This document shows, piece after piece, positions 29,370 to 37,303 of a stretch of DNA of 41,446 nucleotides. A model generated the notes under the pieces. That model made no database searches and was not told the origin of the DNA. It worked only from the letters and a program-made list of their open reading frames with translations. This stretch comes from a virus: positions 1 to 41,446 of IMG/VR virus record IMGVR_UViG_3300010403_000015; one strand, written 5' to 3'. Position 1 is the first letter of the stretch. Every line of letters starts with the position of its first letter. Position numbers and translations under genes: made by a program.

Positions 29370-29959
29370 CAGGCCGCCACCACTTCGCCGATGTCGAGGG
29401 TGAGGAAGCGCCGCGGCTCGTCTGTGTGCGGCCCCACGCCATGAATCTCGAGCACCTTCGCCGCCGCGTAGCCGTACGGCGTCCACGAGACGCGCATTTT
29501 CGGCGTGATGTCCTGCGGCACCCGGTAATAGATGGTCCCCTCGTAGGTCTGCGTCGAGTTGACCGCTTGCGCCGCCAGGAGCTCGCGCGCGCTCAGGGGC
29601 CGCATCGATCCCCACACCGTCGCGAGCGTGTACCACCCGGATCCGGTCCCGCCCGTGTTGTCGCTCGTGAACGTCGCCGTGATCGTCCCGGTCGGCGGCG
29701 TCGCGGGATTGCCGGCGACCTGAAAGGTGTAGGTCGTCGGGCCCGTCACGTCGATCGCCACTTCGCCGTTGTAGGCGGCCGGCGTCGCGCCGGCGTGCGT
29801 CACGAAATCGCCGTCACTGAAGCCGTGCGCGGCCGCCGTCGTCACGGTGGCGGTCGTGGTGATCCGCGTGATCGACGTCACGGCCACGGCGACGGGGGTC
29901 GTCGTCTGGATCGTGAGCCGCTCGGTTAGATCGCCGGCGCCGATCGGGGGCGCCGTCAT
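29369..29959 (-). CDS. Head-tail adaptor (Phage_H_T_join-like) with an inserted ~70-aa module (196 aa)
   Basis: Internal ATG 29959 is in an ATGA overlap. LTERLTIQ ... WYTLATVWGSMRPLSARELLAAQAVNSTQTYEGTIYYR is the family pattern. The insert spans about residues 23-93. Confidence 0.75.
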   Translation of the reverse strand: MTAPPIGAGDLTERLTIQTTTPVAVAVTSITRITTTATVTTAAAHGFSDGDFVTHAGATPAAYNGEVAIDVTGPTTYTFQVAGNPATPPTGTITATFTSDNTGGTGSGWYTLATVWGSMRPLSARELLAAQAVNSTQTYEGTIYYRVPQDITPKMRVSWTPYGYAAAKVLEIHGVGPHTDEPRRFLTLDIGEVVAA

Positions 29960-30153
29960 CCGAGCCTCAGCACCGGCCCGCCGTGGATCAGCCCGACCTG
30001 GCTGAGCAGCCACAGCACCACGATCAACACGAATAGCACGGTCACCACGGTCTGAATCGGCGCCGGCGTCCCGAAGGCCGCCATGATCGCGGTGACCGCC
30101 CAGTACAGAAGGGCGATCACGATGACGGCGACGAGGAGCGCGATCAGCTGCAT
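29956..30153 (-). CDS. Small two-helix membrane protein (65 aa)
   Basis: MQLIALLVAVIVIALLYWAVTAIMAAF ... VVTVLFVLIVVLWLLSQVGLI. It sits between the connector and adaptor genes. Confidence 0.6.
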   Translation of the reverse strand: MQLIALLVAVIVIALLYWAVTAIMAAFGTPAPIQTVVTVLFVLIVVLWLLSQVGLIHGGPVLRLG

Positions 30154-30166
30154 GGTTCAGCCCTCT

Positions 30167-30964
30167 TCAGAAACTTTTGAACGCCCAGAGGTGGCGATCG
30201 ATCCACTGCAGGATCGCCTCGCGGTCTTCCCCGCCGCGGCCGTAGTCCGCGCGCACGTGTTCCTTGAGACAGACCTTCAGGAGCGTCGGCACCGGATCCG
30301 GCGTCGCCGTCGGCGTCCCAGTCGCCGGCGAGGCCGTCGCCGCGGCGACCGCAAAGGTGAACACCGTCGCGCTGACGACCGTCGCGGTGAACGTGCCGTT
30401 GTAGCCGGCCTGCGTGGCGCCGGCGATCGTCACCGCCTGCAGGTTCGTGAGGCCGTGGCCCGCGGTGACCGTGGCGGTGGCGAGGCCCGCGGCTTGCGTC
30501 AGGGAGGCGAGGGTCAGCGCCGTCCCTTGGTAGCCGGCGACAAAGCGCACGACGACCGCGTTCGGCACGTCGCGCGTCGACGGATAGACCTGCCCGTACG
30601 CCGGCTCGAGATAGCCCGCGCGCGCCTTCGGGCCCGTCGGGAGATCGGTCGTGTAGAGCGCCGCGGACCAGACCGTGCTCGTGCCGTCTTGCGCGACGTA
30701 GGTGACGCTCGTGACGGAGACGGTCGGCGCTTTCGGCAACCAGATCGGCCCGCCGTCGTCGGGAAAGCCGTCGAGCTTCAGATCCCAGGTTTGGAGCGGG
30801 AGCGCGCGATGCGTGACCGTTTCAGCGTAGTCGCGCGCGGCGACGATCAGCCCCGCGATCAGATCGTCTTCAGCGGTAACGTCCGCCGCGACGCGTAAGT
30901 GCAGCTTGGTTTCCGCGAGGGACACCGGCTCGCTCGCCGGCGCCGTGACGAGGAACAGGCTCAC
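30167..30964 (-). CDS. gp6-like head-tail connector with an inserted ~68-aa module (265 aa)
   Basis: GTG 30964. VSLAETKLHLRVAADVTAEDDLIAGLIVAARDYAETVTHRALPLQTW is the Phage_connect_1-type N-terminus. The insert spans about residues 151-218. Confidence 0.75.
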   Translation of the reverse strand: MSLFLVTAPASEPVSLAETKLHLRVAADVTAEDDLIAGLIVAARDYAETVTHRALPLQTWDLKLDGFPDDGGPIWLPKAPTVSVTSVTYVAQDGTSTVWSAALYTTDLPTGPKARAGYLEPAYGQVYPSTRDVPNAVVVRFVAGYQGTALTLASLTQAAGLATATVTAGHGLTNLQAVTIAGATQAGYNGTFTATVVSATVFTFAVAAATASPATGTPTATPDPVPTLLKVCLKEHVRADYGRGGEDREAILQWIDRHLWAFKSF

Positions 30965-30967
30965 GGC

Positions 30968-31300
30968 TCACCGCCGCTTCCTACGCGCACTCGCCGGCGG
31001 CACGGGCTTGGGTTTGGTCTGGCGCCGACGCACGCGCGCGGGCACCACCGCGTCCGGTTCGGGCGTCTCCTCGGCGGCCGGCGTCTCGTCCGCGTCCGTG
31101 AGGCTCGCGCCTTCGGCCGGCGGATCGTCGACGGGCGAGGGATCCGGCGCGGGCGCGGCGGGCGGCTCGCTCACGGGCGCGTCCGTGGCCACGGCGCCGC
31201 CGGTCAGGATCAGCTGCCGCGCTTCCGCGTCGGGCAGTTCGAGGACCTGCCCCGCCTGCGCGTGCGGCCGGTTCGGATCGTCGGTGACCAGGACTCGCAT
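30968..31300 (-). CDS. Hypothetical protein (110 aa): small N-domain, acidic Pro-rich linker, basic tail
   Basis: ATG 31300 has GGAG 5 nt upstream (the ORF track starts at GTG 31309). The C-terminus is RVRRRQTKPKPVPPASARRKRR. Confidence 0.55.
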   Translation of the reverse strand: MRVLVTDDPNRPHAQAGQVLELPDAEARQLILTGGAVATDAPVSEPPAAPAPDPSPVDDPPAEGASLTDADETPAAEETPEPDAVVPARVRRRQTKPKPVPPASARRKRR

Positions 31301-31339
31301 GTGCTCCACACCCCTCGACTACCCGTCCGCGTTTGATGC

Positions 31340-31975
31340 CTACTCGATCGTGATCTGCTCTTCGTACCAGCCGGCGCCCTGCGTGAACGTGGACGCGGTC
31401 GTCTGCGCCACCGCATGCAAACAGAGCGAGCACTGCGGCGGCACGATCAAGAAGCCCGCGAGGTCCCCGGTCACGGCGCCGCCGTTGGGGGTCACCGTGG
31501 CTTCAATCGCCTTCGTCGAGCCGACCGCCCACGGGAACCAGCCCGAGTCGGTGACGGTCGTGCCCAGGGCCGCGATGACCGAGCCGCTGTAGGCTTTGCC
31601 GGAATTGCCGCGGACGATCACGTTGGCGCCCGCCGCCGGCGCGGCCTTCGCCGCCGTGACCTGCGCCCAGCCCGTGAACCCCTGCGCGACCTGCGCGGCC
31701 ACGAGGTTGAACCAGAACATGCGCGTGACAATCAGGGATCGCCCGCCGGTGTTGTTGCCGTTCCAGATTTCGAAGGCGGCGGTGCCCGAGGGCCGCACGA
31801 CCAGGCCGGCGACGGCGGCGACGCTCATCACCTGCCAGCCGTTGCCTTTCCGCGTCATTTCCGCGTAGGGCGGGAGGCCTTGCGCGACGATCTGTTCCGC
31901 GAGCTCGTTGCCCGCGGCGGTCGTCTGCGCGACCGTATTCCCGAGACGTCGCGCGATCTGAAGGGCGTCAGCCAT
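31340..31975 (-). CDS. Beta-rich virion-module ORFan (211 aa)
   Basis: AGGAG lies 9 nt upstream of ATG 31975. No family recognised. Confidence 0.7.
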   Translation of the reverse strand: MADALQIARRLGNTVAQTTAAGNELAEQIVAQGLPPYAEMTRKGNGWQVMSVAAVAGLVVRPSGTAAFEIWNGNNTGGRSLIVTRMFWFNLVAAQVAQGFTGWAQVTAAKAAPAAGANVIVRGNSGKAYSGSVIAALGTTVTDSGWFPWAVGSTKAIEATVTPNGGAVTGDLAGFLIVPPQCSLCLHAVAQTTASTFTQGAGWYEEQITIE

Positions 31976-32015
31976 GAGAGTCCGCTCCTGAAAAAACCGT
32001 CGCGCCGAATGAGGG

Positions 32016-32492
32016 TTACGCCGACACGACCGAGGCGCCGTCGTCGAGCGGGAAGTAGAACAACTTCCACTTCGTTTCGCCGGTCGTCGACCCGACCGCT
32101 TTGAGTTGAATGACGCCGGTCGGACAGATCCACTTGCCGGTGCCGGAAATGATCGGCCCCGCGCCGGCCAGGCCGGTGGTCAAGAGCGCCGTGCCGTCGC
32201 CTTCGACGACCAGGAAGCTGTTGGCCTGGAGCGCGTTGCCTTCGATCGCCGACGCGATGATGTACGTCGTGCCGGTCGCGGTGGGATTCGACCAGATGGC
32301 GAGATCGTTGGCGGTCGCGCCGAGGATCACCGTGACTTCACCGTACATCAGCGTGACGAGGACGTTGCCGCCCGCGACGACGAATAGATCCTGCGTCGTG
32401 CCCTGCGGCAGCGTCGCGGAGGCCTTCACGACGGGAATCCCCAGCGTGATGAGGCCGGCCGCGTCGCGCTGTGATTGATTCAGCGATCCCAT
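32016..32492 (-). CDS. Beta-rich virion-module ORFan (158 aa)
   Basis: Internal ATG 32492 is preceded by AAGGGGAG. The protein ends ...TGETKWKLFYFPLDDGASVVSA. Confidence 0.65.
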   Translation of the reverse strand: MGSLNQSQRDAAGLITLGIPVVKASATLPQGTTQDLFVVAGGNVLVTLMYGEVTVILGATANDLAIWSNPTATGTTYIIASAIEGNALQANSFLVVEGDGTALLTTGLAGAGPIISGTGKWICPTGVIQLKAVGSTTGETKWKLFYFPLDDGASVVSA

Positions 32493-32518
32493 GTCAGCTC
32501 CCCTTCGACGACGCGCCC

Positions 32519-32986
32519 TTAGACGACGGACGTCCCGGTGTTCGAGGCCTGGCGCGGCTCGCCGATCGCGAGACACGCCGTGAGCGACGCGGAGGCCGCC
32601 GCCGACAATTCAATCGTCAGCCACGGGGTCGCATCGGCGATCGCCTGGCTGTCGAATTCGATCAACACGGTGCGGTGATCGAACGTCGCGGCCGCGAGCG
32701 TGAGCCCGGTGGACGCCACGGCCGTCAGCGCGCCGTAGAGATCCGCGCTCACCGCCTTGAAATCGCCCGACGAGAGGCGATAGCTGAAGGCCACGGCGGT
32801 GGTTTTCGTGCCGTCGGTGGCGCCGACGTAGAACTTGAGGACCGCATCGCCCGTCACGGCGCCGAAGGTCAGCGCGAAGCAGATCTCGTGCAGCAGCCCC
32901 ATGTTGACGGACTGCCCGTCGAGGCCGGCTTCGGTGTCGAGCGGCTCGTAGATGGGGACGATCTTGAAGCGTTCAGAGACTCGCAT
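32519..32986 (-). CDS. Beta-rich ORFan directly after the capsid gene (155 aa; decoration/cement candidate by position only)
   Basis: AGGAG lies 7 nt upstream of ATG 32986. No family recognised. Confidence 0.65.
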   Translation of the reverse strand: MRVSERFKIVPIYEPLDTEAGLDGQSVNMGLLHEICFALTFGAVTGDAVLKFYVGATDGTKTTAVAFSYRLSSGDFKAVSADLYGALTAVASTGLTLAAATFDHRTVLIEFDSQAIADATPWLTIELSAAASASLTACLAIGEPRQASNTGTSVV

Positions 32987-32998
32987 GGTCAGCTCCTG

Positions 32999-34354
32999 TT
33001 ACGCGCGCGTGGCGAGCACGACAAACGGCGACACCGTCGCGGTGCCTTTAAAGGGCGTGATGGGCGCGCGCGGGACCGGCTGGCCGTCCACGCGGTAGAA
33101 GGCGCGGAACGCCTGCTCGCCGGTGGCGAAGTAGACGTGCATCGAGCTCGCCTGCTCGACGCCGCCTTTGCGAATCAGGCGGTACTTGTTGAGATCGACG
33201 AACGCGATATCGCCCACGGTGCCGAGCGCTTCCGCGTACTCGACGAAGATCACGGGGCGGCCCCACAGGCGGACCGTGCCGTCGTCATCGACACTCGCGT
33301 ACGGATAGCGAATCCCACCGACGCCGATCGGCTGCACGAGGGCGGCGAGTTGCCCGATGATTTCCGAGTTGGCGAGCCAGACCGAGGTCTTCCGCGATCG
33401 GGGGCCCATCCGCGCATACATCTTGGTGATGTTGTCGGCGACAATCGTCGCGGCGGCCTGGTTGGTTTCCTTCGCGACGCTCACGAGGCACGGCGCGTTC
33501 AAGAAGCCGAGGGGCGCGCTGGCGCCGTTCCCGCGATAGATTTTGTTCTCGACCTGGAAGATCAGTTCCTCGGCGAAGGATTGCTCGAGCTCGCCGCCGA
33601 GGGCGACCGCATCCGCGAGCAGCTCGTCGGTCATCACGCCGAACGCGCCGACCTTGCGGAGCTTCAGTTCGATCCGCGCGAGCTTGATCGTGCTCGCGGT
33701 GGGCGCCGTGCCTTCATCGACCCAGTACCCGAGGACGCCGCCGCCGCGCGAGCCGTCCGCGCGCGAAGTTTCGTCAATGACGTTGTAGGTCATCGTGTTG
33801 CCGACGGTGATCGTGCGCGCGTCCACGCGCGAGAGCAGCTCGCCCGTCTCGTACATTTCGCGTTCGATGCCCGGCGCGACTTCCATCGGCACGGCAAAGC
33901 CCATGTTGCTGTCGATCTGCGTGCCGGCGCCGGTGGCGACCGCATGCAGCCGGGGATCGACGTCGCCGTAGGCCGCCGCCCGGACCGCCATCGCGAAGAC
34001 GCCGAGCGCGCGGTGGCGGGCTTCCGCCTGCACGATCGGCGGCGCATCCGCGGCGGCCATCGGGCCCCACGGCCGTTCCGTGGCGTGATCGACGCCCAGC
34101 ACGACCGGGGTGACGGTGCCGCTGTGCCGTTCGTCGTCCTGCAGCCGCCGCGCGGTCACGAGGTCGGCGGCGATCCGCTCGGCTTTCTCGTCCAGGGCGT
34201 CGAGCTCCACGAACAGGGCCGTGAAGCGCGCCGCCTGCTCCGGCGTGCGGTCTTTCTCCGCGATCGCGTTGAGCGCGCGGCCCTCTTTCTTGGCCTTCGC
34301 GATCGCCGCGCGGGTCTCGGTCTCGTCCTGGATCAACTGCTTGATGTTTTTCAT
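32999..34354 (-). CDS. Major capsid protein, HK97 fold, with an N-terminal coiled-coil delta domain (451 aa)
   Basis: ATG 34354 follows GAGGA (the ORF track starts at 34378). Helical first ~100 aa. GNGASAPLGFLNAP and other Phage_capsid-type motifs are present. Confidence 0.9.
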   Translation of the reverse strand: MKNIKQLIQDETETRAAIAKAKKEGRALNAIAEKDRTPEQAARFTALFVELDALDEKAERIAADLVTARRLQDDERHSGTVTPVVLGVDHATERPWGPMAAADAPPIVQAEARHRALGVFAMAVRAAAYGDVDPRLHAVATGAGTQIDSNMGFAVPMEVAPGIEREMYETGELLSRVDARTITVGNTMTYNVIDETSRADGSRGGGVLGYWVDEGTAPTASTIKLARIELKLRKVGAFGVMTDELLADAVALGGELEQSFAEELIFQVENKIYRGNGASAPLGFLNAPCLVSVAKETNQAAATIVADNITKMYARMGPRSRKTSVWLANSEIIGQLAALVQPIGVGGIRYPYASVDDDGTVRLWGRPVIFVEYAEALGTVGDIAFVDLNKYRLIRKGGVEQASSMHVYFATGEQAFRAFYRVDGQPVPRAPITPFKGTATVSPFVVLATRA

Positions 34355-34494
34355 GCGATCCTCGCGGCCACACAACAAAGGCGCGTGCTCATCGAGACCT
34401 GCGGCGCAGATGTCGCGTCGGGGGGGTCGATCAACACGCGCCTCAACGGAGTCGCGTTACAGGGATCAGGCTAAGGGGTCGGCGGGATTTCGTA

Positions 34495-34680
34495 CTACGA
34501 ATGGGCGATCGGGCGCGTTTCGAGGCATTCTTCGGCCGCGGTGATGAGCGCATCCCGGCTGAACTGACTGACCGTCTGATGATTCGCTTTGGCGGCTTGC
34601 TCGACGCGGTCCCGCTCGGCCGGCGAGAGCCGCGTCGACGTCGACACGCTGGGCGCTTCGGCGCGGTTGTGCCGACTCAT
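34495..34680 (-). CDS. Ribbon-helix-helix protein resembling DUF1778/TacA-type antitoxins (61 aa)
   Basis: ATG 34680 is in a TGATG overlap with the protease stop. STRLSPAERDRVEQAAKANHQTVSQFSRDALITAAEE fits the beta-strand plus two-helix RHH pattern. It is listed only as the tail of an out-of-frame ORF in the track. Confidence 0.55.
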   Translation of the reverse strand: MSRHNRAEAPSVSTSTRLSPAERDRVEQAAKANHQTVSQFSRDALITAAEECLETRPIAHS

Positions 34681-35621
34681 CAGAGCAGCCGGGATCGGCG
34701 CGCCGCGGCCGCGAGCGCGGGCCCCGCGTGATCGGTGATCTCGTCGGCCGGGTTCTCCGCGCGCAGGTCGCCCGCCGGCGCCCGCCCGACCAGGCGCGCA
34801 AGGGTCGCGTCCATTGTGGCGATCCGATCGATCAGCCCGGCCGCTTTCGCGTCCGTCGCGGTCAACACGCGCCCTTCGCCGTAGCCGTGCCGGACCGCCG
34901 CCGGCGTCACGCCGCGGCCGCGCGCGACGTCGTTCACGAACTGGCGGTACGCCTCGTCGACGCGGGCCTGGAGGACCGCGCGCTCGTCGTCGCTCAGGGG
35001 TTCGGTCGGGTTGCCGGCGGTTTTGTAGGTGCCGGCCGAGATGAGCGTGATTTTGATCCCTTCCTGTTCGAGCGCGGCGCTCAGATCCTCGTGCGCGCAG
35101 AACACGCCGATCGACCCGGCCGATCCGCTCGGGATGCAGACGATCTCGTCGGCCTGGCTGGCGATCCAGTACGCCGCGCTCGCCATCAGCCCGTTCACGA
35201 CCGCCACGATCCGTTTGGTGCCGCGGCCGCGCAGCTCGAAGATCTCGCCGGCGAGCTCCTGGCAGCCGGTGACCGTGCCGCCCGGGCTGTCCACGTCGAG
35301 CACGATGGTGCCGATGCTCGCATCGGCCATGACGCGCTGCAGCATCGCGCTGATCCGCTCGCACGACGTGCCGCCGCTCGTGTCGTCCATCATCCCCATG
35401 CGGTGCGCGATCACGCCGCGGATCGGCACAATGGCGACGTCGTGGCCTTGCGTGGCGCTCGAGGCCGCGCCGCCGTCCCCGATGCGCGCCTGGATGTCCT
35501 CCGGCGTGAACGTGTGGCCGGCCGCGCGATACGCGAGCACGGCGAGTAGTTCCTGGAGCTTGCGCGGATCGATCGCCCAGAGCTGCGACGCGACGTACGA
35601 GAGGACGTGTTGATATTTCAT
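34680..35621 (-). CDS. Prohead protease, S49 (SppA/ClpP-like) family (313 aa)
   Basis: Internal ATG 35621 is in an ATGA overlap. Motifs: VLDVDSPGGTV, GLMASAAYWIASQAD (Ser nucleophile context) and GTYKTAGNP (Lys). Confidence 0.9.
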   Translation of the reverse strand: MKYQHVLSYVASQLWAIDPRKLQELLAVLAYRAAGHTFTPEDIQARIGDGGAASSATQGHDVAIVPIRGVIAHRMGMMDDTSGGTSCERISAMLQRVMADASIGTIVLDVDSPGGTVTGCQELAGEIFELRGRGTKRIVAVVNGLMASAAYWIASQADEIVCIPSGSAGSIGVFCAHEDLSAALEQEGIKITLISAGTYKTAGNPTEPLSDDERAVLQARVDEAYRQFVNDVARGRGVTPAAVRHGYGEGRVLTATDAKAAGLIDRIATMDATLARLVGRAPAGDLRAENPADEITDHAGPALAAAARRSRLL

Positions 35622-35899
35622 GCGGGCACCTGTTCTGCGTCGGGGGCCTTGATCTGCATCACGACCTGCCCATTTTGCGGATTGAAGAACGCGTTGTAGA
35701 CCTTGTGACAGTGCGGACACGTCGCGGGCTCGCTGTTGAGGATCGCGAGGACCGGGCGCGCGGCGACGGCGCCGCAGTTACACGTGAACGTCAGATTGAT
35801 CGGCACGCCGACGGTCAGCATCGTGATCGGCTGCCCGACGAGCGGCGTGCCGGCCGGCGCCTGGAACGGGATCGGCGCCTGCTGTCCGTTGTCACTCAT
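35618..35899 (-). CDS. Small zinc-ribbon protein (93 aa)
   Basis: AAGGAGA lies 5 nt upstream of ATG 35899. Cysteine pairs are CNCG ... CPHC. Confidence 0.65.
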   Translation of the reverse strand: MSDNGQQAPIPFQAPAGTPLVGQPITMLTVGVPINLTFTCNCGAVAARPVLAILNSEPATCPHCHKVYNAFFNPQNGQVVMQIKAPDAEQVPA

Positions 35900-35917
35900 G
35901 TCGCTCTCCTTCGACGG

Positions 35918-36967
35918 TCATGCGGCCTCCGCGAGCGCGGCGATCTGCGTCCACGTGAGATTCTTGCGGCCGCGCGCCGTCGGCACGCCCGCCTGCGCCG
36001 TCGCGCCCACGCCGGCCGGCTGCGCCTCCGCCGTCCCGGTCGCGATCGCGTGACCGACGGCGCTGGTCATCGCGACGCCGCGCGGCCGCGCCTCCGCGTG
36101 CTGCACGATCGGCGTCACCCGGAAGCGCGGCAGCCCGACGAGCCCCCCGCCGCCGCCGATCGGCGTGCCGACATCGATCACCGCGCCCGGCGCCGTCCCG
36201 GACGCGAACGGCTGCCCCACGTCGGCCGTCATCGCGACGCCCGCGGGCGCCGCCGTCCCGTCGGCCGCATCGCCGGCCGCCATCGCGGTGCCGACCGCAC
36301 TCGTGACCTCGACGCCGATCGCCGCGACCGTCGCCGCGCCTTGCGCGACGGGCACGCCGACGTCGGTCTGCGCCGCCACGCCGGCCGGCGTGGCTTCCGC
36401 GTGGACGGCCCCCTCGTCGCCGGCCGCGATCGCGTCGCCCACGGCCGCGCTCATCGCGACGCCGAGGGGCGCCACCTGTCCGTCGCCCGTCGCAACCGCC
36501 TCGCCCACCGCCCCTGTCCCGGCCACGCCGGCGGGAGCCACGAGCGCGGCGCCGGACGCGACCGCACTCCCGACGCTCGCGCTGGCCTGGACGCCGCTCG
36601 GGGCCGTCTGGGCGGCGCCGGTCGCGATCGCCGTCCCGACCGCGCTCGTCGCGGCCTGACCGTTCGGACTGACGACCGCCGCCCCGGTGGCGACCGGTGC
36701 GCCGACGGCGCTCCCGGCCGACACCCCGACGGGGGCCGTGGTCGCCGCGCCCGTGGCGATCGCGGTGCCGACGGCGCTCCCGGCGGAGACCCCGACAGGT
36801 GACGTGGTCGCGGCGCCCGTGGCGATCGCGGTGCCGACCGCGGCGATCGCCGCGACGCCGGCTGGCAGCGCTTCGCCGTTCACGCCGCCGCCACTGAGGA
36901 CCGTCGGGTCCGTCAGCGTGATGTCGGACGGACTCGCGGCGCCGAGGTAGAGAAAGACGTCCGGCAT
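35918..36967 (-). CDS. Ala/Gly/Val-rich protein built of about twelve 22-aa tandem repeats (349 aa); fibre-like
   Basis: Repeat consensus is roughly P.GV...SAVG.AIATGAA.., with a 66-nt period in the DNA over ~35972-36871. TGATG overlap with the upstream gene. Confidence 0.8.
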   Translation of the reverse strand: MPDVFLYLGAASPSDITLTDPTVLSGGGVNGEALPAGVAAIAAVGTAIATGAATTSPVGVSAGSAVGTAIATGAATTAPVGVSAGSAVGAPVATGAAVVSPNGQAATSAVGTAIATGAAQTAPSGVQASASVGSAVASGAALVAPAGVAGTGAVGEAVATGDGQVAPLGVAMSAAVGDAIAAGDEGAVHAEATPAGVAAQTDVGVPVAQGAATVAAIGVEVTSAVGTAMAAGDAADGTAAPAGVAMTADVGQPFASGTAPGAVIDVGTPIGGGGGLVGLPRFRVTPIVQHAEARPRGVAMTSAVGHAIATGTAEAQPAGVGATAQAGVPTARGRKNLTWTQIAALAEAA

Positions 36968-37302
36968 CAGCTGCCTACGAGGACGTTTGTCGAGGTCCCT
37001 GCCACGTCGGGCGCGCCGGCTTTGTACGCCACGACGTAATACGCGGCGCCGTCGTTGATGGCACTGAACGTGTAGTTCCCGGTGGCGTCCGACGTCACCA
37101 CCTCACGCAGCACGTTGTCCGCGGTCCGGAACAACTTGACCGTCACGCCCGCCATCGGGACGCCGCTCGCGTCGCGCGTGATCCCGCTGATGATCTGCGG
37201 ACGGGACGGCACCATCGCGTGCCGCATGACGCGGGGGATCGCGCAGAACATACTGCCGCCGCGCAGCATCTTGGGGCCGAACGGCAGGCGGGTGGACGGC
37301 AT
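36967..37302 (-). CDS. Carboxypeptidase-regulatory-like (Ig-like beta-sandwich) domain protein (111 aa)
   Basis: ISGITRDASGVPMAGVTVKLFRTADNVLREVVTSDATGNYTFSAINDGAAYYVVAYKAG is the classic G.V.D..G.P..GA.V.L......T.t...G.Y.f..l..G.Y pattern. Confidence 0.7.
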   Translation of the reverse strand: MPSTRLPFGPKMLRGGSMFCAIPRVMRHAMVPSRPQIISGITRDASGVPMAGVTVKLFRTADNVLREVVTSDATGNYTFSAINDGAAYYVVAYKAGAPDVAGTSTNVLVGS

Positions 37303-37303
37303 C

